Assembly: GCF_902652985.1 (NCBI RefSeq) | Contig: NC_047023.1 | Coordinates: forward strand, 37,820,001-37,884,000 | Reading direction: 5' to 3' | From: Pecten maximus | Lineage: Eukaryota | DNA length: 64,000 nucleotides | Shown: piece by piece, positions 13,363 through 26,723 of the stretch | Layout: every line of letters begins with the position of its first letter | Position numbering within the stretch: position 1 is the stretch's first letter | Notes under the pieces: model-generated | Databases searched by the model: none | What the model saw: the letters and a program-made list of their open reading frames with translations, nothing else | Told to the model about the DNA's origin: nothing | Translations under genes and position numbers: made by a program

Positions 13363-14092
13363 AGGCGGGCGGGCCATAACTCCAATACTACTCGACCCAG
13401 GCTCTCCAAACACAAATATACATCTTGATGAGCCGGAGTGTCGCATACCAAAATAATGCCCCTTACCCCTGTATTTGCGGAGTTATTACCCTTTGATGAT
13501 TTTACTTGTCCAGACCATAACTCCAGTACTACTTGACCCAGGCTCTCCATACTTGACACAAATATACATCTTGATGAGCCGGAGTGTCGCATACCAAAAT
13601 CATGCCCCTTACCCCCTTATTTGTGGAGTTATTCCCCTTTGATGATTTTACTTCGGGCACATATGGTGTTGAGCTCTCCATACTTAACACAAATATACAT
13701 ACATCTAGATGAGCCGGAGTGTCACATACCAAAATTATGTGCCATACCCCCTTATTAGCGGAGTTATTGCCCTTTGATGATTTTATTTATCCGGACCATA
13801 ACTTCAATACTGCCCGACCCAGGCTCTGTATATTCTGTATATAAACATGTGAACTAATTTTTGTGTTGTTGTGTCTAAACCAAGGTTTCCCATATTTGCA
13901 ACATATATACATCTCATCATTTAAAGTTGCCCTTCGGTTTCAACTACACACCATTATGTGTATCAATATCTCCTTTCAACTTTCCAACAATGATACTTCA
14001 TTTTAAAGCATTACAACCTGTGAAACTACCCCCTTCCAAGTGTCAAATATTGCGGCGGGCGTATATTGTGGCCCTCCAACGGGCCCTTGTTT
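13363..14092 (+). mobile_element. 5'-truncated Helentron-type element with ~140-bp internal tandem repeats
   Basis: GGCG microsatellite remnant; about three internal repeats (ccataactcc...gatgagccggagtgtcgcataccaaa...); 3' end GCGGGCGTATA + GGCCC-tccaac-GGGCC hairpin + CTTGTT. Confidence 0.7.
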
Positions 14093-15394
14093 AAGTGATT
14101 TATTTATGAAATCATGACAGTATTATTACAGATGAATTTATTCAATAATTTTGATATTAGTACATTTCTTGGGACCAGTATATTTTATCAGATATCACTG
14201 GTTTTGAAATTATGAGGTAAAATGTCACAATTGATTTGTTTGTTTAAGGAAGGAAAGGGGAAGGAAAAGACCAAAATTATCAATATTCTGTGGTCATGGG
14301 GATAGAGACAACTGTGCTGTTGATTGTGTATCAAGGATTGAGGAAGGAAGGATATGGTAATTATTGAAATCAAATCACACTACCACAGAAGGGTCGGGCC
14401 GCTACCATTCAGGTTATATTGTCTCCAAAAAAAAAAAAATATGATTCATATCACTTCATTTGAAAATTGTCAGTTAATTGATATTGTCAGACCTGTAATT
14501 TGAAGGTTTATCATTAAATGACTTTCACAGTGGTGATCTTCACATATTGTTGAAATCTTGTAACATTTTGTTGCACAAAAGACAGCTTCTTTTCCCCTGA
14601 GATGCCAGGCAGCTTTTTTTTAGTCCAGATTATATTTCGGCTATTTCTAGGCAGGACATTTCTTTGGGTTGAAGGACTTTCGGGACAACAAACCTGTTGA
14701 GTAGGATTTCTCAATGACAAGTGGCCTGTTTTAAGATAGAGGATCTTTCAAGTGACTTTTTAGGAAAGATTTTTATTCTTCCAAGACAAAATGACCTTTT
14801 AGTGCAGTGTCGCGATAATTGAAATAGTAAGTGTTCTGGGTAGCCAATTTCACAGGAAAAGAAAGCAATCATTCACGCCTAGCATTACATTTCTGGAAAA
14901 GATGTTTCAAACAGGAAAGGAGATGGTCTTTTTCAGCAGGAGATTTTCTTGGTCAAGTGACTTTTTAGACAAGGTCTCAATGGCCAATTCAGCTTTGTAG
15001 ACAGGGAAATTATAAGGACATATGATATTTCTGTGCCTGGAGAAGTCCTGGGACAAAGATCTTTTCTAGGCAGAAGAACTCTGAGGACACACATGGCTTA
15101 TTGCTCAGAACGGATGTTCTTGTTCAACAGAAACTCTCTCAGAAGGTGATCATATGGCCATTGTGACATAACAGATGGATTTCCAGGAACAGGTATAGTG
15201 GTATAATTCCATAGGCTTTTACAGAAATTTGATCAATAATAACTGTAGGTCTGTTGTACTTTCCATCCATGAATGTACGTGACACAACTTTTCATTTTCC
15301 CTGAGAGTTTACATCCTTGTGCCAGAGATAGTTGTCTTGAATGAATTGCCCTATTGCCAAAGGAGACAATAACTATTGTGATAAACTCCTATAT

Positions 15395-15700
15395 CTTCCT
15401 TATAAATCAAACCTGTTTAATATGACCCTGACTATACTGAAATTCAGTTCCTTTAAATCAAACCTGTTTAATATGACCCTGACTATACTGAAATTCAGTT
15501 CCTTTAAATCAAACCTGTTTAATATGACCCTGACTATACTGAAATTTAGTTCCTTTAAATCAAACCTGTTTAATATGACCCTGACTATACTGAAATTCAG
15601 TTCCTTTAAATCAAACCTGTTTAATATGACCCTGACTATACTGAAATTTAGTTCCTTTAAATCAAACCTGTTTAATATGACCCTGACTATACTGACATTT
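15395..15700. repeat. Tandem repeat, 51 bp x6
   Basis: Unit ttaaatcaaacctgtttaatatgaccctgactatactgaaattcagttcct. Explains ORFs 15341-15712 and 15400-15975. Confidence 0.95.
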
Positions 15701-15914
15701 AGTCTTATCTGACCATGATATTTAACCTGATTTCTTATGGCTGCTATCAAACAAGATCTATGTGTTTTGCTATCCTCTCTTATATGAAACCTTAGTATTC
15801 TGACATCCTCTCCAATATGAACATGAGTACTGTAAAAACCTTTGTAATTTACATACTGGTTTTGGCTGAAAATTTCTCTAATAGTTTGGGGTGCATAGAT
15901 TACCTTAGTACAAT

Positions 15915-16372
15915 GCTCATCCAGATTTTTTCTGCCCACTTTCAACGAAATGGTTTGACTATCCAGTGTCAACATTTTCCTTTAAACAACTTCTTTTCTG
16001 TAACGAAGAGGACCAGAGACCTGATAGCATGCTGGTGTGAAGGGCTACCAAAATTTTTTCAAATGAATGACATTGAAATCTTTAAACAACTTCTTCTCAA
16101 GAACAAGAGGCCCAGAAACCTGATTTGGGGCTTGTAGCATGCTGGGGTAAAGATCTACCAAGTTTCTTCGAATGAATGACCTTGATCTTTATTCAAGGTC
16201 CCAGGTATCAAATATGCACAAAAAAAATCAATAAATGAAATTAACAACTTGTCAATAACCAAGTGGTCCAGGGACCTGACATTGGGCTTGTATAGCATAC
16301 GGGGTAGAGGGCTTCTCGGATTAATGCCATATAATGCCAGGCGAGTGATATAGGGCCAGTGGGCCTCTTGTT
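15915..16372 (+). mobile_element. Degraded Helentron-type non-autonomous element
   Basis: Internal repeats tttaaacaacttctt...agcatgctgg; 3' end CAGGCGAGTGATATAGGGCCAGTGGGCCTCTTGTT, the same style as the element at 35555-37502. Confidence 0.62.
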
Positions 16373-17491
16373 TTATTGGTTGAAGCTGGCAAGTTTCAGA
16401 CACAAAATTTCAGACACTGTATTCATACTTTTGATGCACACATTATACTCGTATAATTCTTTTTTCTGCCATTTCAGTTGATTTTTTGGGTGCAAGACTG
16501 ATGCTTAATTTTAAAAAATGTTACGGTAGCTGATATCCTGTCTAATCTGACTCAGAATACATATTCTGACATTCAAATGACTAAAGACATTCATTGAAGA
16601 TTATGAAGTTACAACTGTAGCCTTGGTGACTGCACCATTGACAAAATGGCAGTTTCATCTAAAGGATCATCATGATTGTGAAGGAAATGTATATTTATTA
16701 ATGTTGAATTGCCTTGTTCAATGACATTTGTAGTCATTTAACTATAAATACAATTATAATATTGAATATGTTTCATTAATATGTACAGTATTGTAGATAT
16801 AGTGTATTGCCCACCAGCATGTGTGGACTGTTCTGGTACCACATGTGGGACTGGTGTCTAAATTTTGTCTCATACAAACTGTTATTTAGAGATAAACTTC
16901 GTGACCCCAGACTGATGTCTCTGTCGATGATTTAATTTAACATCTCTCATTTGATCAGAACTCTGGTGATGCAAGAGGAATGATGGTCTCTGTGTGGGCT
17001 ATATATGGGTGATGATTTCTCGTGGTAGGGGTACGATTTACTCTCCAACCTTATCAAGATATTCTCTGCATCTAAAAACAGATCAGTAGAGTTGAATTTA
17101 TAAAATTAACACCCTCCCTGCAGGAATATTGGCGCTGCTGGTGTGATGGTAATCAACATAATCTCATTAGTGACAGGGTAATCTTATTATAACTGAGCTA
17201 TCTATACAAGTTCTGTAACAGCATTTACAGTGTTCTAAAAGGCTGTGTATGTACAATAATCATGGTTATTGGAGCTCTTTGTACTTAAGTTTCTGTAAAA
17301 CATCAAAGAGAATTGAGAATTAACTGAACATTAATTTACTTGATATTTAGCTTATATCAACCAACCATTAATTAAGACACAATTAATGGTATTTCTTAAC
17401 ATGGGATAGAGACAGTACTATGGTCAAAATCCAGCTGTTCATTTTGATTATTTGTACTTTCTATAAGGAATATGTCCTTTCAAAATAAACC

Positions 17492-17679
17492 TTTCATGTT
17501 TATCTGCAAGTAAAATCCTGGCTGTAAATAAGCAATAAGCCAGCTCCCTTCTTCATTTTTGCAGAATCTTCAATTTTTGAATAGTAAGCTAAATGCGTTT
17601 CGCAAATAATCCTTCCCCCAATATTAATACATAAACCTCAACACATGGGGAAGGGGCTTATTTGAAGATAAATATGGTA
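17492..17679. mobile_element. MITE copy 1 (TIR ~TACCATATTTATCTGCAAATAAGCCCC)
   Basis: Right end GGGGCTTATTTGAAGATAAATATGGTA, degenerate left end; body ttcatttttgcagaatc...tcgcaaata is shared with the 38201 copy. Confidence 0.65.
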
Positions 17680-17835
17680 CATTGTAATAAAATTCTACAT
17701 AAAAGAGCAACAAGTATTTCCAGGCAGGCATGTGGTTTTACAGGCAAACACACCATATTGTGCCATTGTGCAATATTGTGTAACGTTTGCTGGGGAAGCT
17801 GTGACATACGTGACATCAAGACATTGTTCAGCATG

Positions 17836-20800
17836 TTAGGCCATGGTGTATAGACCATGTACCTTCCTTGGGATGTTGTTAATGGTAACAGAGTTAGGCC
17901 ATGGTGTATAGACCATGTACCTTCCTTGGGATGTTGTTAATGGTAACAGAGTTAGGCCATGGTGTATAGACCATGTACCTTCCTTGTTGTTAATGGTAAC
18001 AGAGTTAGGCCTTGGTGTATAGACCATGTACCTTCCTTGGGATGTTGTTAATGGTAACAGAGTTAGGCCATGGTGTATAGACCATGTACCTTACTTGGGA
18101 TGTTGTTACTGGTAACAGAGTTAGGCCATGGTGTATAGACCATGTACCTTCTTTGGGATGTTGTTAATGGTAACAGAGTTAGGCCATGGTGTATAGACCG
18201 TGTACCTTCCTTGTTGTTAATGGTAACAGAGCTAGGCCATGGTGTATAGACCATGTACCTTCCTTGGGATGTTGTTAATGGTAACAGAGTTAGGCCATGG
18301 TGTATAGACCATGTACCTTCCTTGGGATGTTGTTAATGGTAACAGAGTTAGGCCATGGTGTATAGACCGTGTACCTTCCTTGTTGTTAATGGTAACAGAG
18401 TTAGGCCATGGTGTATAGACCATGTACCTTCCTTGTTGTTATTGGTAACAGAGTTAGGCCATGGTGTATAGACCATGTACCTTCCTTGGGGTGTTGTTAA
18501 TGGTAACAGAGTTAGGCCATGGTGTATAGACCATGTACCTTCCTTGTTGTTATTGGTAACAGAGTTAGGCCATGGTGTATAGACCATGTACCTTCCTTGG
18601 GGTGTTGTTAATGGTAACAGAGTTAGGCCATGGTGTATAGACCATGTACCTTCCTTGTTGTTATTGGTAACAGAGTTAGGCCATGGTGTATAGACCATGT
18701 ACCTTCCTTGTTGTTAATAGTAACAGAGTTAGGCCATGGTGTATAGACCATGTACCTTCCTTGTTGTTAATGGTAACAGAGTTAGGCCATGGTGTATAGA
18801 CCATGTACCTTCCTTGTTGTTAATGGTAACAGAGTTAGGCCATGGTGTATAGACCATGTACCTTCCTTGTTGTTAATAGTAACAGAGTTAGGCCATGGTG
18901 TATAGACCATGTACCTTCCTTGTTGTTAATAGTAACAGAGTTAGGCCATGGTGTATAGACCATGTACCTTCCTTGTTGTTAATAGTAACAGAGTTAGGTC
19001 ATGGTGTATAGACCATGTACCTTCCTTGTTGTTAATGGTAACAGAGTTAGGCCATGGTGTATAGACCATGTACCTTCCTTGTTGTTAATAGTAACAGAGT
19101 TAGGCCATGGTGTATAGACCATGTACCTTCCTTGTTGTTAATAGTAACAGAGTTAGGCCATGGTGTATAGACCATGTACCTTCCTTGGGATGTTGTTAAT
19201 AGTAACAGAGTTAGGCCATGGTGTATAGACCATGTACCTTCCTTGTTGTTAATGGTAACAGAGTTAGGCCATGGTGTATAGACCATGTACCTTCCTTGTT
19301 GTTAATGGTAACAGAGTTAGGCCATGGTGTATAGACCATGTACCTTCCTTGTTGTTAATGGTAACAGAGTTAGGTCATGGTGTATAGACCATGTACCTTC
19401 CTTGGGATGTTGTTAATGGTAACAGAGTTAGGCCATGGTGTATAGACCATGTACCTTCCTTGTTGTTATTGGTAACAGAGTTAGGCCATGGTGTATAGAC
19501 CGTGTACCTTCCTTGGGATGTTGTTACTGGTAACAGAGTTAGGCCATGGTGTATAGACCATGTACCTTCCTTGGGGTGTTGTTAATGGTAACAGAGTTAG
19601 GCCATGGTGTATAGACCATGTACCTTCCTTGTTGTTAATGGTAACAGAGTTAGGCCATGGTGTATAGACCATGTACCTTCCTTGGGATGTTGTTAATGGT
19701 AACAGAGTTAGGCCATGGTGTATAGACCATGTACCTTCCTTGGGGTGTTGTTAATGGTAACAGAGTTAGGCCATGGTGTATAGACCATGTACCTTCTTTG
19801 GGATGTTGTTAATGGTAACAGAGTTAGGCCATGGTGTATAGACCATGTACCTTCCTTGTTGTTAATGGTAACAGAGTTAGGCCATGGTGTATAGACCATG
19901 TACCTTCCTTGGGATGTTGTTAATGGTAACAGAGTTAGGCCATGGTGTATAGACCATGTACCTTCCTTGTTGTTAATAGTAACAGAGTTAGGCCATGGTG
20001 TATAGACCGTGTACCTTCCTTGTTGTTAATGGTAACAGAGTTAGGCCATGGTGTATAGACCATGTACCTTCCTTGTTGTTAATGGTAACAGAGTTAGGCC
20101 ATGGTGTATAGACCATGTACCTTCCTTGGGATGTTGTTAATGGTAACAGAGTTAGGCCATGGTGTATAGACAATGTACCTTCCTTGTTGTTAATGGTAAC
20201 AGAGTTAGGCCATGGTGTATAGACCATGTACCTTCCTTGTTGTTATTGGTAACAGAGTTAGGCCATGGTGTATAGACCGTGTACCTTCCTTGGGATGTTG
20301 TTAATGGTAACAGAGTTAGGCCATGGTGTATAGACCGTGTACCTTCCTTGTTGTTAATGGTAACAGAGTTAGGCCATGGTGTATAGACCATGTACCTTCC
20401 TTGTTGTTATTGGTAACAGAGTTAGGCCATGGTGTATAGACCGTGTACCTTCCTTGGGATGTTGTTAATGGTAACAGAGTTAGGCCATGGTGTATAGACC
20501 ATGTACCTTCCTTGTTGTTAATGGTAACAGAGTTAGGCCATGGTGTATAGACCATGTACCTTCCTTGTTGTTATTGGTAACAGAGTTAGGCCTTGGTGTA
20601 TAGACCGTGTACCTTCCTTGGGATGTTGTTAATGGTAACAGAGTTAGGCCATGGTGTATAGACCATGTACCTTACTTGGGATGTTGTTACTGGTAACAGA
20701 GTTAGGCCATGGTGTATAGACCATGTACCTTCCTTGTTGTTAATAGTAACAGAGTTAGGCCATGGTGTATAGACCATGTACCTTCCTTGGGATGTTGTTA

Positions 20801-21866
20801 ATGGTAACAGAGTTAGGCCATGGTGTATAGACCATGTACCTTCCTTGTTGTTAATAGTAACAGAGTTAGGCCATGGTGTATAGACCATGTACCTTCCTTG
20901 TTGTTAATGGTAACAGAGTTAGGCCATGGTGTATAGACCATGTACCTTCCTTGGGATGTTGTTACTGGTAACAGAGTTAGGCCATGGTGTATAGACCATG
21001 TACCTTACTTGGGATGTTGTTAATGGTAACAGAGTTAGGCCATGGTGTATAGACCATGTACCTTCCTTGTTGTTAATGGTAACAGAGTTAGGCCATGGTG
21101 TATAGACCATGTACCTTCCTTGGGATGTTGTTACTGGTAACAGAGTTAGGCCATGGTGTATAGACCATGTACCTTACTTGGGATGTTGTTAATGGTAACA
21201 GAGTTAGGCCATGGTGTATAGACCATGTACCTTCCTTGTTGTTAATGGTAACAGAGTTAGGCCATGGTGTATAGACCATGTACCTTCCTTGGGATGTTGT
21301 TAATGGTAACAGAGTTAGGCCATGGTGTATAGACCATGTACCTTCCTTGGGATGTTGTTAATGGTAACAGAGTTAGGCCATGGTGTATAGACCATGTACC
21401 TTCCTTGTTGTTAATGGTAACAGAGTTAGGCCATGGTGTATAGACCATGTACCTTCCTTGGGATGTTGTTAATGGTAACAGAGTTAGGCCATGGTGTATA
21501 GACCATGTACCTTCCTTGTTGTTAATAGTAACAGAGTTAGGCCATGGTGTATAGACCATGTACCTTCCTTGTTGTTAATGGTAACAGAGTTAGGCCATGG
21601 TGTATAGACCATGTACCTTCCTTGTTGTTAATGGTAACAGAGTTAGGCCATGGTGTATAGACCATGTACCTTCCTTGTTGTTAATGGTAACAGAGTTAGG
21701 CCATGGTGTATAGACCATGTACCTTCCTTGTTGTTAATGGTAACAGAGTTAGGCCTTGGTGTATAGACCATGTACCTTCCTTGGGGTGTTGTTAATGGTA
21801 ACAGAGTTAGGCCATGGTGTATAGACCATGTACCTTACTTGGGATGTTGTTAATGGTAACAGAGTT
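17836..21866. repeat. Satellite with two interspersed unit lengths, 53 and 58 bp, ~72 copies
   Basis: Unit gttaggccatggtgtatagaccatgtaccttccttg[ggatg]ttgttaatggtaacaga. Explains all MVYTPWPNSV ORFs. Confidence 0.98.
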
Positions 21867-23609
21867 ATCCCCACCAGGTCAGTAATTATTCCTACATTTC
21901 TGATTACCATCAAATGCAAAGTAAGATCATACTTTCTGCATTGTGAGAAAAATAAAAACATAATAAAAACATATTGCTGGTTTTGAAAGCATACAATTCT
22001 TAAGTTTTTCATTGTAAAGACACTCCACTAAATTACGATTATTTATTGGAATTTTTTTAATATTGTTTTCACAAACAAATTTTTTTTTTTGTATTGTTTT
22101 CTATGACAAGTATGCAGTCAAATTTGTGTGTATATGGTCTGTTTTTAGGAGAATATTGGTGAAATACATACAATGTACAACACCTGGAGGAAATTTGTTA
22201 TTTTTTGTCAAAAGATTTAAAAGCTGTAATGGTGCCAAGTAAATGTTTAGGATAACTCTTAAGTATGTGTTAAATATTTGACTGTAAACTTTCTGTGCCA
22301 AGATACAGAGAATTGTGCATGGCTACCTCCTGTAGTTTATAAGTACATTTACTTTTTTTCATGTCTGTAAAATATGTTTGCTGAAAAGTCTGGTCAAAAA
22401 CTCATATCAGGAAATATTTCCACAAACATAAAACTCTACAAATTATGTACCGTATTTGACTTGGTACATTTTTTGCCCATGTGGTTGTGTATTCACTGCA
22501 TATTGCCATATTCATGGATAAGCTCATCCCTCTCATTACATTGAATGCCCATGGCAATCTACCATGAAAAATTGTTATTAGAATCTATTTAGAAATCATG
22601 GTATTGTGTGATGATGTTTTATGTGATGAGTTACGTTTGGTGTCTTAATATAGACTTGATTTTCTATATATACTCTTAATGTTGACTATGACTTGGCCAT
22701 TGTTGCACCTGTTGTTGTAAAGCCTGTTTCCTCTCCCATCCCCACTTGGTCATTCCTTTGGTATTAAAGAAGAAATACAAACCACTCTTTCCCCCAAATC
22801 CTCATCCCCAGTGTCTCCCTCCCCTCCCCTCCCCCTACCCCCTAACCCCACCCCACCCCCCAATCCATTACAGATTCCATTCAATATTTACAGCGGAACC
22901 CCAGTATGAGTTGTCGGATGGCGTTCTGCCACGCACACCTCACCTGTACCATCTTAGTAATGGCATGTACATGCACATGAGACTAATAATGTTTTTATTG
23001 TGTAAATTTGTGAACATGCGTAGCCACTTTAGAGAGTTAGTAAGGGTCCACATGACAGTTTGTAGTGGTTCTGGACAGCATCAGGCAATAGATGGAGTTG
23101 CAAGTATGTGAAAAAGAATCTCTATCATTAAAAATCAGCCAAACTTGTAACCTATCAGACAGAGCTATTGGAGCTATATAGGTCCACGGAGGCCACTTAT
23201 GGTAAACAACTTGCATATCATGCCAAAAGAGTGCTGGTACTGTTAAACACTGACAGACCTATGTAAAGCTGAAGATTGTATTGAGACCTTTATCAGCCAT
23301 AATGACTTGGAAGTGTACAAAGATTTGAAGGAGGATGTGATTGTACTATCTTCATGTTTAATGATAGCAGATTGAACTCATATTTTGGTTGCTATTTGAT
23401 AGATTTCAAAAAACATACAAACTATTATGTCATTAATAGACAAATTGTCTGATAACAGATCCATGATATATAGGTCAAGCTCAGGCAAAGATGTCAAGAT
23501 CAAACCCTGCATTTACCATAATTTCTTAACACATCTTAGTTATGGCATGAAGTTGTGTATTTGTATGTGTGTATTAATCGCAGTATCAAAGTCAAGTTCG
23601 TCAAGATAA

Positions 23610-23990
23610 ATGAAAGGTCAAGGTAATTGTGACACACCAAAGGACTACTGGTCAGCATGATAGATAAAGGTCAAGGTAAATCGTGACATACCAAAGTACT
23701 ACTGGTCAGCATGATAGATAAAGGTCAAGGAAATTGTGACATACCAAAGTACTACTGGTCAGCATGATAGATCAAAGGTCAAGGTAATTGTGACACAAAA
23801 AGACAGCTGGTCAACGTGATACATTAAAGGTTGGGTCATCATGACACAAAGTCATAGTCATGTACTGGTCAACATGAGACATCCAAGGTCAAGGTCATCA
23901 TGACACACAGAATGTTATTGACAACTGGTCAACATGATAATCCAAGGTCAAGGTCATCATGACACTCAGAAACAACTGGTCAACATGATA
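23610..23990. repeat. Degenerate ~52-55 bp tandem repeat containing AAGGTCAAGGT
   Basis: aaggtcaagg...gtgaca...actggtca(g/a)catgata repeated ~7 times. Confidence 0.8.
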
Positions 23991-24037
23991 TATGTTACAG
24001 TTAACTCAATATTTTACACTGGTACCCTAGAGGTCAT

Positions 24038-24730
24038 GATCACAGGTCTTACACCACTGGTCACAGGTCTCACAACACTGGTCACAGGACTCACAACACT
24101 GGTCACAGGTCTCACAACCCTGGTCACAGGTCTCACAACCCTGGTCACAGGTCTCACAACACTGGTCACAGATCTCACAACACTGGTCACAGGTCTCACA
24201 ACACTGGTCACAGGTCTCACAACACTGGTCACAGGTCACAGGTCTCACAACACTGGTCACAGGTCTCACAACACTGGTCACAGGTCTGAGACACAACACT
24301 GGTCACAGGTCTCACAACACTGGTCACAGGTCTCACAACCCTGGTCACAGGTCTCACAACACTGGTCACAGGTCTGAGACACAACACTGGTCACAGATCT
24401 CACAACACTGGTCACAGGTCTCACAACACTGGTCACAGATCTCACAACACTGGTCACAGGTCTCATAACACTGGTCACAGGTCTCACAACACTGGTCACA
24501 GGTCTCACAACACTGGTCACAGGTCTCACAACACTTGTCACAGGTCTGAGACACAACACTGGTCACAGGTCTCACAGCACTGGTCACAGGTCTCACAACA
24601 CAGGTCACAGGTCTCACAACACTGGTCACAGGTCTCACAACACTGGTCACAGGTCTCACAACACTGGTCACAGGTCTGAGACACAACACTGGTCACAGGT
24701 CTCACAACACTGGTCACAGGTCTCACAACT
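24038..24730. repeat. Minisatellite, 21 bp (some 25 bp), ~32 copies
   Basis: Unit ggtcacaggtctcacaacact; variant units carry ctgagacac. Confidence 0.96.
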
Positions 24731-26723
24731 CTGTTAGATCTGTATATATCCTTATTATATAAGGTTAAGGTCATTACAATGTTTCAAGGTCATTTAGATT
24801 CTTAAAAGTTTGAAGGTATTTGATGAAATTCATCTCTCTAAATGGAGTTTTTCCTTACTGTATCATAATGAGATGGTAAGAAGTTATATTATAAAAAAAA
24901 AATGAGAATTAAATCATGCTGAAATGACTCAGTGAATTGGAATTGATAGGTCTGATTAACAATGTGTTACATTGATGAATTTGGTTGTTTACATTGTCCC
25001 CTAGTGGCTCCAATCAGCCTTAACATGTCTCCTACATTACACTCAGTGTACTGGTGAATGTTACTGATCTCATACGTCTGTTATATATAGAGGCTATATT
25101 TGGATAACCAATGTGATGTTTTCATTCTTCACATTCAAAACATGCCTGAATCAAAGTGTTGTATTGTGCCATAGAATCATCATCACCTGCATCTGTTAAT
25201 GTTGATTACGTATAAAACATCAAAATTCATTCCAGTTTCAGTAATAATCGGATTTGTGCCCAATTAGTAGCTGTCCTAGGAGTTAGTGGTTTATAGAAAT
25301 AGCTGATGACTGATTAGGTTAGCAGCCATGTGACCTGTTTCTGAAAAGTTTCTAAAAAAAATTGGTTTTCCCTTTAGCTGTCATATCCCGACAACAAAAA
25401 CATACCATACACGGATCGTGACTCTGGCTGCGAGTGGTGGACGATGGAGTAGATTATTGATATGGTACAAGGGGGGTAGTCGTTATACTTAGCCTCGGAT
25501 CACGCTACACTTTAGACATTAAGTCGACAAAGGTTGGATACAAGGGGGAATTATTACGTATCATTGTCCTGAAGGTTTCTTATTGATCTAGTTATATGAA
25601 TTCCGAACCGACAAAGACGAAGGTAGCTTCTGCTTGGTGAATCTGTTTGAACCAGAGATGCGGAAACATCATGAGATGATTTACCTGAACTATAGTGAGA
25701 GTGTTTTTGTTGTGACTGTGATGCCATGGTGTTCGTCCTGATGAATTCCACTTCATTGATAATTGACTGGATCTATGCACCGTATCAGAGATTCATTTTC
25801 CAGCACTGGTGGCAGTGTTACAGGACCAAGTAGTGTAGGGATGTATCTGGATCAGAGGAAGTGTGGGGTACTGTGCTGTTACCAGACCACAACCATTTAA
25901 CTTTGACTGGATGTAACTTATAGAGCAGAGTGCTTGGTGTGGCATTGATTGGGCCCCGTCCATGTCTACAGTACAGGATGTTACAGACTAGGCTTTCCAC
26001 TGTTCCTGTGGAATATCACACATCATTCTAGGCCGATCCAGTGAGAACCACACTCATATTACATATCTGAACTTTTGTTATACTTAAAAATACTGATATG
26101 CACTTTTAGACAAGATTACTAACACATTATTTTTTACCTCCGGTGGTGATGCAGTTTTGGAAACGGTGGATTCATCGTATTGATTTTACTTACAATTTGG
26201 TAAATTTACTGTATGGTGACTTTTTTATCGATAATTAAAGGCTGTGGAAGTTGTGGATTTAAACCCTTTGTAACGGATTTCTCCAAATCTTCTCTTCCTG
26301 TGAACTCTATCTCTGTTAACGTGATGTAATGGAAGATGTGATGTCACATAAAAAATTGTCCTCGTCAACCTTGCATTGCCTGAGGGTAACACAGCTTCTT
26401 GCATACAAATCCATACCTATCAAGATAATGAAATTCCAACCTAGTAAATTCTGTGAGATTTCCAATTACTGTAAGTAGTTAGTGGTCGTATGATGGTGGT
26501 GAAATGGGGAGACTCCATCTACAATACAATGACGATGAACTGTTTCAGACATGTACTCATCACTACCAACACTAGAGACCTGTTTGTTTACATTACTACC
26601 TTTCTATAGCCTCCATCTTATACACCTCATTTGTGCTGAGGAATGCCATTCACCAGGATGACCTGCCATGGCTGTATGATCTTTATGCGTGTGTGACACA
26701 GTTGTAAAAAGGAAACCGACAGG

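Noticed and set aside
17836-21866. CRISPR-like or repeated peptide genes (MVYTPWPNSV...)
   Set aside because: Head-to-tail satellite with no unique spacers, no cas genes, and a eukaryotic context. The same applies to the 32-38 bp arrays.
22746-23111. Proline-rich 121-aa ORF
   Set aside because: Driven by a C-rich low-complexity tract; no splice signals or domain.
23934-24774. Metallothionein-like (CETCDQC)n and mucin-like (TTLVTGL)n ORFs
   Set aside because: Translations of a 21-bp minisatellite that is open in several frames on both strands; no splice or codon evidence.
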